Shown here one piece after another: positions 44,816 through 56,800 of a stretch of DNA of 64,000 nt. Source of the DNA: Cyanophora paradoxa CCMP329. Its lineage: Eukaryota > Plantae > Glaucophyta. Both the position numbers and the translations under genes were made by a program. The notes under the pieces are model-generated. The model was not told where the DNA came from and made no database searches. It worked only from the letters and a program-made list of their open reading frames with translations. The stretch spans positions 248,001-312,000 of the forward strand of contig QPMI01000017.1 of NCBI GenBank assembly GCA_004431415.1, written 5' to 3'. Position 1 is the first letter of the stretch. Each line of letters opens with the position of its first letter.

Positions 44816-46707
44816 ATGTCGGAGAAGGGCTCGGGCAAGGCCGCCGCGGACCTGGACGTTCGCGCCCTCGTGCTCCAGGCGGCCACGGACCCATGGCTCG
44901 GCGCCGTGATTACGATGCTGTGGGGCTTCATCGCTCGGCGATGGCTGGCAGGCTTCGGCGCTAAGATAGCGGCGAAGCTGCCCGAGCGCCCGGCCGTCCG
45001 GGCCGCTCTCCTGGCGCTGGTCACGCTGCCGGTTATGTCGATGACGTACGCGGATTTCACGGAGGGCGGCCTGGTGCGCCCGCGCTCCGTCCCGCCGCGT
45101 GTTCGCCGCCGCGCCGCTGACAGCTGGTCCGGGTCAGCTCTTCCTCTACGTGCTGGGCCCCCTGCTGTTCAGCTTCATCGCGGCGACCGTGGAGAGCATC
45201 GCGCTGCTGCTGAAGCGCTTCCGGGCGGCCATTGTGCCGTACTGCCCGATCCCGCTCGTCATCCTCCTCTCGGCGCTCCTGCAGGCGTCCCTCTGGGTGC
45301 CCATCCTGCTCGTCGCGTACGGTCTGCTCGCCTCGGGCGTGCTCTACCCCGGGCGCGCCGCGGTGAAGTACATGATCGAGAACGACGTGCTCCAGAGCGC
45401 GGCCTTCCGCGAGTTCGCGGCCTGGCTCGACGCCTGGTTCCGCATCGCCGTGCAGGGCAACTTCGTCATGTTCCTGCTCAGCATCCTGCGCGCCTGGGTC
45501 GCCTCCTGGCTCTACGTCGACATCTGGCGCCTCCCCATCCTCTTCCACCTCCTCTTCGTCCGCCCGGGCTTCATCAAGCAGCACCTCCTGGTGCCCCGCC
45601 CCCCCTTCCCCGCCCCCTCCCCCCGCCGCCTCCCCCGCTGACGCGGGGGCAGGGCGTGGCGATCCTGGTCTTCTGGATCTTCGACTCGAACGCGCAGCCG
45701 CTGACGACGACGGTGATCGCCATGTCCTTCCTCATCTACGTCGACAAGCAGCTCTTCGGCGAGCGCCCGCCCTCGCGCCCGCCCTTCCAGACCGGCGCCA
45801 TCCCGCCCGTCGCCTTCGCGCGGGCCCTCCTCTCGCACCTCCCCGGCGCCGCCGTCTTCTGGGCCTACTGCCTGGCGCGCTCCCTCTCGGGGGGCGCCCC
45901 CTCGCTCCTCTCCGTCTTCGCGTGGTTCGTGGACCTGGGGTTCGCCCTCGTGTGCATCTCGGCGGCGGTCTCGTCGCTGGCGTCGGCGCGCTCCGAGGGC
46001 CTCTCGTGGCGGCACGCGGCGTTCGGGCTCTACGTCGCCCTCATCTTCTTCGGCAAGGTCGGCCTCCGCTTCGACGGCGAGAGCGCCCGCGTCAACTTCG
46101 GCGACGGCGCCGGCGGCTTCTCCTCCTCCTACGGCTGGTCCGAGGGGTCCGCCCGCCCTGCGCGCCCCGCGCCCCGCAGCCCCCCCGCCCTGCCCCCAGC
46201 CGAACCGGCGGCGCAGGGACTGGTCGCAGCGGCAGGGCAGCGGCGCCGGCGGGCGTCGGGCCGGCGGCAAGCGCTACGGGACCATCTGGGGTGCGCCAGC
46301 GCCCCCCCGCCCCCGCCCCTGCCGGCCCGCCCAGGGTACGAACCCGCCGGGCACCAGACCGGTGGACGAACAGCGACATGGAGGCGCTGCGGCTCCTCAA
46401 GGTCCCGCCCGCCCCGCTCGCCCGCCTTCCGCCTGCCGGGCCCGCCCTCTGATCGCTTCGCCCCGCCCGCAGCTGGAGTCCGGGGCGCCCAACGAGGAGA
46501 TCGTCAAGGCGTGCCGCCGCGAGAAGAAGCGCTGGTGCGCCCTGCCCCGCCCGCTGCGCTCCCCCCTCCACCCCCCACTCCCCCCTAAGGCCCCCGCCCC
46601 GCCCGCCACGCAGGCACCCGGACAAGAACCCGCGGGACCAGGAGCGGGCGACGCGCATGTTCCAGAAGATCGCCGGCGCCTGCGACCTCCTCCTCAAGAA
46701 CAGCTGA
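44816..46707 (+). CDS. Polytopic membrane protein with C-terminal J-domain (DnaJ)
   Basis: Many hydrophobic segments; spliced ALRLLK|LESGAPNEEIVKACRREKKRW|HPDKNP..ATRMFQKIAGACDLL. Confidence 0.85.
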
Positions 46708-46902
46708 GGCTCGCCGCGCGCAGGCATATAGCGTTAGGGGTACGGTACTTTAGCTCCGTAGAACTGTAGCTGCAGCATCAATGAAACCAGTGCTATCCCG
46801 AAGGTGTTTGCCGGGGTGCCTGCCCTCCTTCCCACCACGCGAGCGCGGGCCCGGCGCGCTTGAAAGTACCTAGGTAATTGTACACGGCGCCTGCAGCTAG
46901 GA

Positions 46903-47819
46903 CTATTCTGCTGTCTTCTTCGCGTGTGGGCACGTCATCGCGAAGCTGCGCGGGCGGGCGCGGTGCGGGGTGAGGGCGGGGAGGGCGCGAGGACCCCCGC
47001 GGTGCCGGGCACGCACTGCTCCTTGTTGCCGCAACAGGACCAGTGCGCGTCCTTATGCGAGTAGTACAGGCTGTGCGGACCGGGCGCGTGAGCGGGGCGC
47101 GTGAGCGGGGCGGCGGGGGCGGGGCTGCGGGGGCGGGGGCGCGGCCGGGGCGCACTCGTCGCCGGCCTTCTGGACCTCCTTCGTGAGGGACGTGCAGAGG
47201 TTGCAGCACTTGCCCTCTTCGCACGTCACATGCCTGCACGCCGGGTGCCAGTAGCCCGGGTGGATCTTCTTGCACACCGACTCCTTCCGCTCTATCTCCT
47301 GCTTCTCCAGCTCGGTCCAAACCTGCTCAGAGCGTTAGCTGCGGGGCCGCGGGGCCGCTGGCACAAGCGCAGAGATGCACATCGATTGTCTTCATCCTCT
47401 CCTTGCTGCGGGGCGGCGAGGGGAGAGGCTTAGCTAAGGCCGCGCGTCCAAGAATGCGTCTCACGCACAAGGCGAAGTCTTTTCGCTGATCGAGGCTCGC
47501 GCCGGGCTCCAGCGGCTCTGACTTGCGCAGTTGATCTAAAGTGAGCACGGCCGACAGCGCCTTGTCGTAGGCCGACGAGAGGAAAGCGCCCCAGTCGAAG
47601 GGCGGCCCCGTGTCTTTCTTCTCCTCCTCCTCGGGCCTGAACTCGCCGCGTCAAGAGCAGCCAACTGATGCGCTTGGCACGCCCTGCTGCTCACTCTTTC
47701 TTGCCTTTCTTCCCTTTCTTGTCTGCGCCTTTCTTTCCTCCTGCGCGACGCTCAGGGCTTCCGGCCACGCCAAAAGGTAACTGAGTGCAACGCTACCGCG
47801 CACCCTTCTTCGGCGGCAT
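46903..47819 (-). CDS. Small protein with MPPKKG K/G-rich N-terminus and Cys/His-rich (Btk-motif-like) C-terminus, multi-exon
   Basis: Manual splice gives MPPKKGGKKGADKKGKKGKK..GPPFDWG..HPGYWHPAC..HWSCCG..C; GT-AG introns keep the frame. Confidence 0.6.
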
Positions 47820-47954
47820 GTCTGGTGCTGCTTCTGCGTCCGCGCTCGACTTGTGTCTACCCGCGTACCCCGGCCAGTTTGCTTCCCCCCGCAACAAGGC
47901 CGAAGTGCCAACATCGAGCAGGAGCTCCTAGTGCCCGGCGGATCGCCTTCGGCG

Positions 47955-50208
47955 ATGGCGTCGCGGCTGAGCATTGATCCGGCCGAGGCCCGCAATCTGG
48001 GGCCCGGAGACTTTGTGAAGGTCCGCGCGATGCCTCCCCTGGGCGTCCCTTCGGATCCCACAGAAGCTAAGAATGTTGCGCCCACGTGTTCCGCAGGTCC
48101 GCCTCCTCGGCCGCGGCGATGTCGGGAAAGTGTACCTCGTCAATCTGAAAGGTCCGAGTCCGCCCTGTTGGCGGGCCGTTCGGGCTTGAATCGCGAGGAT
48201 GTTAGGTACCGACAAGCTGTTCGCGATGAAGGTGCTCACAAAGGAGGAGATGGTCAAGCGGAACAAGGTGCCTCATACAACCCGCCGCGGCCGCCGCGGC
48301 ACCCAATCGGCCGCGAGGTCGCTTAGCGGCGATGCGCTGATCGTATGAATCGTCCCCGCCCCGCACAGGTCAAGCGCGTCCTCACGGAGCGCGAGATTCT
48401 GGCGACTGTCGATCACCCGTTCATTGTCACTCTCTACAGCTCGTTCCAGACGCAGAACAGGCTTTATTTTCTCATGGAATACTGCGCCGGCGGGTCCGCG
48501 CGCCGAGCGCGGCTGTCTGTCGTTCCGAGATCACCGCCTGATCGGAGCCGCCCCTGCGCAGCGAGTTCTTCCGTATGCTCCAGCGGCAGCCCGACAAGTG
48601 CCTTCCGGGTGCGGCACCGCGGCAGTCGGCTCGCGTGCGAAAAGCCGCGCCGTGCTGACTCCTCGGCGTTTGCAGAGGACGCCGTGCGTTTCTATGCAGC
48701 GGAGGTGCTCCTCGCCCTGGAGTACCTTCACATGCTTGGCTTTGTGTACCGGGGTCCGCATTTCTTTTCTGCTATGACAGGCCGCCAGCTAACTCTCAGG
48801 TTTGCAGATCTGAAACCTGAGAACATCCTGGTTCACGAAAGCGGCCACATCATGCTCACGGACTTCGATCTGTCCAAGGCAATGTCCCCGGTGACGCCGA
48901 AGATCATCAAGCAGCAGAAGAGCTCGATCTTCGGGGTCCGTGGCCCTCGTTGCGCCGCGGCACGCGAGGGAAGCGCTGACCGGGGCCCCAGCGCACGCGC
49001 CCGCCCGAGATCGGCGACTTCGAGCCGATCGAGACCACGACGAACTCGTTCGTCGGCACGGAGGAGTACATCGCCCCGGAGGTTATCCAGGTCCGCCGAG
49101 CCGCGATGCGGGTCGCCCTTTCAGCAGCTTGCCGACCGGCGCTGTTCGCAGGGCATGGGCCACACCAGCTCCGTCGACTGGTGGACGCTCGGCATCCTGA
49201 TGTACGAGATGCTGGTGCGGCGCGGCGCCCGCCTCGCCCCGCGCGCGGGGGCCGCGGCTGAGCCTGCGCCGGCAGTTCGGGTGCACGCCCTTCAAGGGCA
49301 AGGACCAGAACGGCACGTTCCAGAACATCGTCACGAACGAGGCGAGGTTCCCCGACAAGCCCCACGTGCGCCCCGCCCCGGCTCCTCCCCCCGCCGGCCC
49401 GTTCCGAGTGCCTCGCCCGCGCGCGTCCGCAGGTGAGCGACGGCTGCAAGAAGCTGATCAAGCGGCTGCTGAAGCGGGACCCGACGAAGCGCATCGGGTA
49501 CGAGCACGGCGCCTGGGAGATCAAGAAGCACCCTTTCTTCAAGAGCATCGACTGGGCCTGTGCGCCGCCGCCGCCCGCGTCCCTCCGCCCGCTTCCCTAC
49601 GCCCCTCACGCGGGGTCGCAGTGATCCGCAACTCGCCGCCGCCCATCACGCCCCAGATCGCAAACCCCCTGGACACGAAGTACTTCGGTGCGCAGCCGCG
49701 CCCGGGGCCCGCAGGGGCGCGCGTCGGGCGGCGCGTGGCTGACGGGGGCGGGCGGCGCGGGGGCGCAGTGCCGCTGGAGGACAGCGACGACGACCAGGAC
49801 GAGTTCTTCCGGTCGGAGCCGAGCGCGAGCGACCCGTTCAAGGACTTCGTCTCGGGGACGGTCATCAAGCACACCTCGTCGGCGATCAACTCGGCGCACA
49901 GCTCCTCCAGCAACCTCATGGGCCTCAGCCGCAGCGGCTCCTCGGCGGCCCTCGTCGCCGCCGCCGCCTCGCACCGCGCCGGCCTCACCGGTACCCCCGC
50001 CGGCAGCGTCCACGGGGGCGCCAGCCTTTCCCCTATCCCCTCTTCCGCCGCCTCCTCCTCCTCCTCCGCCCCGCCCCGCCCCACCCCCGCGACGCCGCCC
50101 CCCAACGCGCCGCCAGAAGCGGCCGCGGGCGCCCAGCAGGTCGCCAACGGGATCGCCCAGCTGACCGTCTCGGACCCCGCCGGCTCCCAAAGGCAGCTCG
50201 ACGCGTAG
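47955..50208 (+). CDS. AGC Ser/Thr kinase of the DFD type (Nrc-2/Kin82/Fpk1, phototropin-kinase-like), no LOV domains
   Basis: LGRGDVGKVYLV, FAMKVL, EREILATVDHPFIVTLY, YRDLKPENIL, LTDFDLSK, TNSFVGTEEYIAPE, VDWWTLGI, IKKHPFF. Confidence 0.93.
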
Positions 50209-50864
50209 GCGAGGGGCCCGCGCCGCCCCCTCCCCTCCCCCGCCGACGCGGCCCTCCCCTGCCGCCGCCTTTCTTTCCCTGGTTGAATTTGGAAGCCCCA
50301 TACAATGACATTCAGTCGCTGATTATATGACGGGTCTTACTAATTATAAGTTATACGGGTATGGCGGGAACGGCATAGGCATCGGCCGCCGATGCACTCC
50401 AATGCAAGGCGTAGGGATATCGATAACGTCATAATTAATTAACACTATCCACGCGCACGAAAAGCTTAAGGAAACAACTTCTCGAAGAGAGGGCATCAAG
50501 CTCATGATCAGAGGGAGCCGGAGTTCAAGACCTAGAGGCGCCGGCGCCGGCGGCTGCTGCTAAGACGCTGAGACGTCCCATGGGCCGCACCCGCGATCTG
50601 AGTTCGACGTCGACCGGGACTCGGGGAGCGCGCGCGTACATTTAGATCGATATCTATGAGATAGCTATACCTATAGCTGTCTACGGGATAACAAAATTCA
50701 AAGGGATCCCGGAGGGATCGGCCAGAGGAATAACTTATTGCAAACTAAAGAAAATCTAATCGATTTTCTGCTGGACACAGAGCCCAAAAACCGAACGAAC
50801 TTCGAAAACCGAAGTGGAGAACACGGACGTTAACAACATAGGCAAGCAGCCGCTGCCAGTAGCA

Positions 50865-53800
50865 TTAGCGGCGGGACCGCTTGGGCCCCGAGGGCCCCGC
50901 CGCGCCCCCCGCCCCGCCGGCGGCCTTCCTCTTGCCCCGGGGGTCGCTGCCCTCGCCCTCGCCCCCGCCCCCGCCCTCCCGCTCCCTGCCCCCGCCCCGG
51001 GCGTCAGATCGAGGTGTCAGGCGATGCCGGTGCCGCGGGCGGCAGGGCGCACCGGGCGGCGCGCTGGACCTCCGCGAGCTCCTCGGAGAGCTGCCGGCTG
51101 CGCCGGTCGAGCTCGCCGAACAGCCGCCGCCCCTCCGCCTCCTCCCGGCGCAGGCCCGCGAGCGCCGCCTCCAGCCGCCGCTCGTTCTCCTGCCGGGCGA
51201 GGTCGCCTTCTTCAGAATTCGAAGCGCGGGGGAGGGCGGGGGGCGGCGCACCCGCAGGGCGCGCATCCGCTCGAGGGCGGCGATGAGGTTGCGGGTCTCG
51301 GCGACGGCCGGGCGCTCCTGCACGGGGAGCCCGGCGAATGCCCCGGGGGCCGCCTCGCGCCCCACGCCCGCCCCGCTGCGCTGCGGCCCGCTCCGCTGCT
51401 CCTCGATGCCCACCACGCGCCCGCCCTCCCGCACCAGCGCCACCAGCTGCACCCGGGGCCGTCGGCCGCCGACGCGGGCGGGCGGCGGGGCGGCGGGGCG
51501 GGGCGCACGGTGCGGTCGAGGCGGCCGTGCATGACCTCCTCGCGGTACCTCACCAGGTCCTGCGCCGCCTCAGGCGGGCGCCCCGGCCGTGCGGGCGGCG
51601 CGCGCGGGGGAGCGAACGCGCCTCCACGGAGTCAAAGAGGATGCTCTCGCGCAGCGCGTACCACCAGATCGTCCCCCGGTCCCCCGTCCGGCCCTCGTCC
51701 TGCCGCCGGCCCGCTCGAACCCGACCCGCCCGATGCGGTGGGAAAGGCGGGGCGGGGCGGGGCGGCACCAGGTGGACGAGGTTGACCATGTACTGCCCGC
51801 GGTACTGGCCCGGGATGGGGGGCAGGGCGAGGCGCCCCTGCGGGTCCCCCGGGGCGAGCTGCCCCCTGTAGCGGTCGCTGGTGGCGAGGCCGCCCACGCC
51901 CAGCATCATCAGCTCCTCGTACTGCGGGCTGCCGCGCCGCTCAGCGGAGAGGAGGGGCCGCCGGGGCGGGCGCCGGCGCCGCACGTACCTCCGCTTGACC
52001 GCGTCGACGGCGCGCTGGTCCTCGAAGATCGCCCACTGCGCCGCGTCGGCGGCCGCCCTCCAGGAGTGCCGGGGCGGGCGGGCGGGCGGGCGGGCGGGGG
52101 CGGGGACCTGCATGCGGCTGCCGAGGTGGCGGGCGATCGCCTCCGCGTGCACGTCGTCCTCCACCCGCCCCATCTGCGCCCGCGCGCGCCGCCGCCGACG
52201 TCGGCGCTCGGAGTGGGCCGGGCCTCAAAAAGGCAGACGCACCTCGGCGAGGAAGCCGAGGAAGCCGCGGACCATTCGGTTGTCCGCGCCCTGCCGCAGC
52301 CGCTGTGCCGAGCGCGCCGGCACGCTGCTCGTCCCCGGCGGGAAGAGCCGCGCCGCCCGCGCCGGGGCCCGGCTCGCCGCCTCGAGCCGCGCCTGCTCCC
52401 CCGGCGCGTGGGCGCGAGGGGGCGCTCCCGGGGGCGGGGCGGCGGCGCACGCGCTCGGCGTTGATCGCCGCAGCGAAGTCGAAGTTCGGGTCCGAGTACG
52501 CCTGGGGGTACGGGCGCATCCCCCTCGCGGTCCGAATGTCCCGCTCGACCTGCGCGTCGGAAAACGAACGGCGGGTGGGCGGGGTCCGCTGGGGAGCGAG
52601 CCGCCGGCGGCAGGAGCGCGCACGTTCTTCAGCTGCTCCTCCTGACCGCGCCTGCTCTGCAGCACCTGCGCCGGCGCGGTGAGGTCCGGCGGGGCTCTCG
52701 AGGGCGCCCGGGGCCGCGCACCCCGTTCAGCCTGGCCTGGGCCGCCTGAATCTCCTGCTTGAGCGCGTTCAGCTCGGCCACGAGCTCCGCGACGCGCTGC
52801 TTCTCCGCGGCGCTCTCCAGCGCTGCCGGGCGTGGGCCGTCAGGCCTGGCCTGGCGGGGTCGGGCCGGCGACCGGATCGCACCGCTGACGAAGGTGACGG
52901 CGGGAAGGGAGTCGTGGTCCGGGAGGGGCGTGTCGCCGAAACCGGCGCCACGGGGCACGAAGCGGATGCGCCACTCGTGGCTCGTCGGGCCCTGCGCGCC
53001 GCCGCCCGTCGCGGGGCCGAAGAAGGGAAGAGAGAGCGGGGACCGCACCTCCCCCACCACCCGGATCCCATCGAAGCGCGCCCGCCCGCGAACAAACCTC
53101 TGCGCCGGGACGGGCTCAGCGGCAGGCGCAGGCACAGCCGCCGAAGCGGGCCCGGCCCGGGTGGCGCGCCTGGATGGTGGGCCCCTGCAGCTCGAGGCGG
53201 AGGATCTCCCCGCCGTGCAGCAGCTCGATGCGCAGCTCTGCCTCCACGGGCGCCTCGAGCGAGTCGCAGACGTTGTCGAAGCGGTCCAGCTGGCCCCGCG
53301 CGCGCGCGTCAGCGAGGGGAGGGGCGGCCGGGAGCCCGGGCCGGCGCCGCGCCATCGCACCAGCTCGAGCTCCATGGGCTCGAGGAGTGCTCCCGGCTGG
53401 AGCACCGGCACCCGCAGCGACCGCGCGGCCGCCGCCGGCGAGGCCGGCACGGCGTTGCTCGGGCCCGCGGCGGGGGCCGCCGCGCGGGCGGGGGCCGGCG
53501 TCGCGGACCCGGCGCCGATGCAGAAGAATGGGCCTGCGATGGGGGTGAAACCGGAGCGGGTTTCGTTTGCCTCTGAAGTGTGAGGCGCACCGTGCCGCAC
53601 GACGACGTGCACGGTCGAGCACGCGTCGGGGTCCGGGTCGGCCGAGGAGGGGAAGACGTAGAGACGGTACTTGCCGGCGCGCGTCGGGGCGGGGTGCCCC
53701 TCGGGGATACGGAACACGGTGTAGGACACGCCGTCGCTGCGCTGGTACGGCTCGCCGGCGGGGAACGTGGAGCACTGGGTGAGCCCGTGGGCCTCGGCGG

Positions 53801-56800
53801 CCCAGGGCCAGAAGCGCAGCTCGGCGCCCTCGGGCAGCGGCCACTCCCCGTTCACCTCGTTCACCAGGCGGTACTGCGGGCGACGCGGCTCAGACGGGCG
53901 GCGCAGGCCGGGCCGCACGCGAGGCGCGCGCCTCGAGCTGCGGCAGGGCCTCGCCGGCGACGCAGGGGAACTCCCGCGTGGCGGTGAAGGGTAGGACCTC
54001 CCGCAGCTCGCCATGGTAGGAGTAAAGAAGCGCGGCCCGCAGGAAGACGCTCTCGTCGCCCGTCACCGTCACCCCGCACTCCGCCTGCGCCCCGCCCCGA
54101 CCTTGCTCGGCGGGGCATGGCGGTGAGGGCCGGAGGGGGCTGCCCGCACGTGGAGGCGGAGGGCGCCGGCCACCAAAGTGACGCGGGCGCGGAGGCCCCG
54201 GACGAGGGCCTCGACGGGGCGCGGCACGGCCGGCCCCTCGTACTCGGCCACGCCCCCCACAAACTGCACCTGCGCGCGCGGCCGTCGGCGCCCCGCGGCA
54301 CTCGCGGCGCGAGCCGGGCGGCCGGGCGGCGCACCTGCAAAGGCCGCGCCCCGGCGGGGAAGGGCGCCGGCTGCTCCCCGAGCTCCTCCACGGACACTTG
54401 GGCCGGGCCTGCGGGACGCTCAGGGGCGAGCAGGCGGGCGGGGCGCGCGGCGCCGGGGGCTCGCCGTCGAAGTCGGCAACGTTGCCTTCGCGGTCCCGCA
54501 GGGTCAGCCCGAGGCGCAGGCCGCCCCCGAACACCACCTGCGCGCCGCCGCGGGGCGTCAGGCTCGGGTCCAGGGAGCCTGAGCGGCGGCCGCGCCTTGG
54601 TGTCTTCTTTGGCGAGCTCCAGCCGCGTCGGGGGCCCCGCGACGACCCGGCAGCGGAGGGTGACCGCGGGGAGCGGGAACTCGCCCTGCGTGCCGTCCTC
54701 CTTGTACCCGTCCACAACGGCGACCACCTGTGGCAGCGGCCTCGCGCGGGCCCGATCAAAAGAAGAGGGCCGGGGCCGCCGGCACCTCGACCTCGTCCTC
54801 GGCGCCGGCGGGGCCCTTGACCACCAGGCCCTCCACCCGCGCCACGCCGCCCTCGTCCGTCCGCAGCGATAGGCGGCCACCCTGCGCGCCGGCGGCGGCT
54901 GTGGCGGCGCCGGGGAAGCCGCTGAGGTCGAGGTGCAGGCCGGCGGTCGAGCTGCGCGTGTTGAGGTGGAGCTGTACGCGCCGGCCGCGGACGGGCGCCG
55001 CGCCCTCGCCGCCGCCGTCGAGGACGCGGAGCTGGAATCCGCAGGCCCCGCCCGAGAGCACGGCGATCGGGTTCCCGGCCACAATCTCCGCCCGCTCGGG
55101 CCTCGCTGCCGCTCCAGAGGGTGAGGCGCGGGGGCCCGGGCGGGGAGGGGAGCCCGAGACGCACCGGGGAGCCATAAGATGTCGAACTCGGCGCTGAGGG
55201 TGGCCGAGTCGGCCACCGCGAACCTGTACCGCAGCAGCGCCGGCTCCCGCAGCGGCCGCAGCTCGTCGGGCAGCCGCGGCGCCAGCCGCGCCCGCCCCCG
55301 CTTGAACGTCGCGCTGCGGCGGCTCAGCCGCCGGGCCGAGCAGAGGGGCAGGAAGGGGCGCGACGCGGGCGAGAGGCGGGCACCTGGAGTCGCGGAAGAG
55401 CTCGACCATAGCATCGTCCTCGTCGTCCTCGGCGCCCAGCCCCAACGGCTTCTGCGCGCTCGAGGCCTCGGCGTGCGGAGAGGGGAGGGGCTGCGGCGGC
55501 GGGGAGGCAGGCACCCGCTCCGCGACGAGGCTCGTGCGGTCCGCCTCGTAGCCGCTGCGGCGGGACGTGAGGGCGGCGGGGGCCTCGAGAGGCGGGGCGG
55601 GGCGCACGGGACGACTCTGCCGTCGGCGACGGCCTCCACCTCGAGGCCCGCCACGTCGGCCCCCTCGTCGGCGCTCAGCCTCAGGCGCAGCTTCGAGCCG
55701 GCCTGCCCCGCCCCCGCCGGCGACACGCTCTGCGAGCCGCGCCGGCGCCCTCGGCTCGGCAGGCGGGCGGCGGCGAGCCGGGGGGGGGGGGGGGGGGGGG
55801 GGGGGGACGCGGACCGAGACGCCGGGGCGCGCCCGGTGTACTTGAGCTGGAGCTTGAGGAGGGAGACCTTGAAGCGGCGGCGCGCCCGCTTCTCCGACGG
55901 GCCCGCCGCCGGCGCCGCCGCCAGCCCGCCGTGGCGCAGCGCGTCGGACAGCTCCCCCGCCACCCGCAGCAGCAGCGCCGCCTCCGTCCCTGAGAGGAGA
56001 CGAGCCCCGTCGCGCGGCGCCGGAGCGGGGGCCGCGCGGGCGCGGCTCCGACGGACCCGGCGGGGCCTTGACGGTGAACGGGGGTACGACCTCGACGGCC
56101 TGCGCCCCGCGGCCGCCCGCCGCCTGCTGCAGGCTGACGATCGCGTTCGCCGGCCCGACCAGAGCCCCGTTCGCCTCGCTCAGGTCGAAGGCGACGTGGT
56201 ACCCCGCGCTGGCCAGCGTCGAGCGGTAGCCCCACGCGTCCCGAGGCTCGACCTGCGCGGCGGCTCGGACCCAGAGGGGCTTGCGGGGCAGAGCCGCGCG
56301 CGACGCGCCTCGAGCTTGGGGAAGGCGGCGCCGTCGAGCGTCTCGATGAGCTCGTCCCTCTCCCTCTCCTCCTGCGGCCCCGCGCGGGACCCAAAGCGCC
56401 GGTGCAGCCGCAGCTCGAGCTCCGCGGGGGGGCCTGCCGGCAGATCGCGCCCTCGCGGAACCGGGGCCGGGGGGTACGGGGACGCGCACCGGCCGTCACG
56501 CGGCACTTGAGCGGGAGGCCGTCCTTCCGGTACTTTTCGGGCCTGGAGGGCGGCTTCGCGGCGCCCGAAGCGCCCTCCTCCGCCCCCTCGAACTCGATGC
56601 ACACCTGCGGCGACGCGTCGGCTCGGCGCCGGCAGAGGGGGCGGGGGCGGGGAGCCGCGCCTGCAGGGCGGCCTCGGCGGACGGGTCGGCGCCGGTCCTC
56701 AGGCGCTCGTGCGGCTCGCCGGGGCAGGGCGCGAGGTAGAAGCCCGAGGCGAGGAGGCGGCCGTCCTGCAGGGAGAGCGCCAGCGAGTCGCCCTGCATCT

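Noticed and set aside
22277-55810. Long G/C homopolymers (e.g. ~22280, 25070, 43374, 55778) as G-quadruplex elements
   Set aside because: They lie in introns or repeats, and their lengths are unreliable in this assembly.
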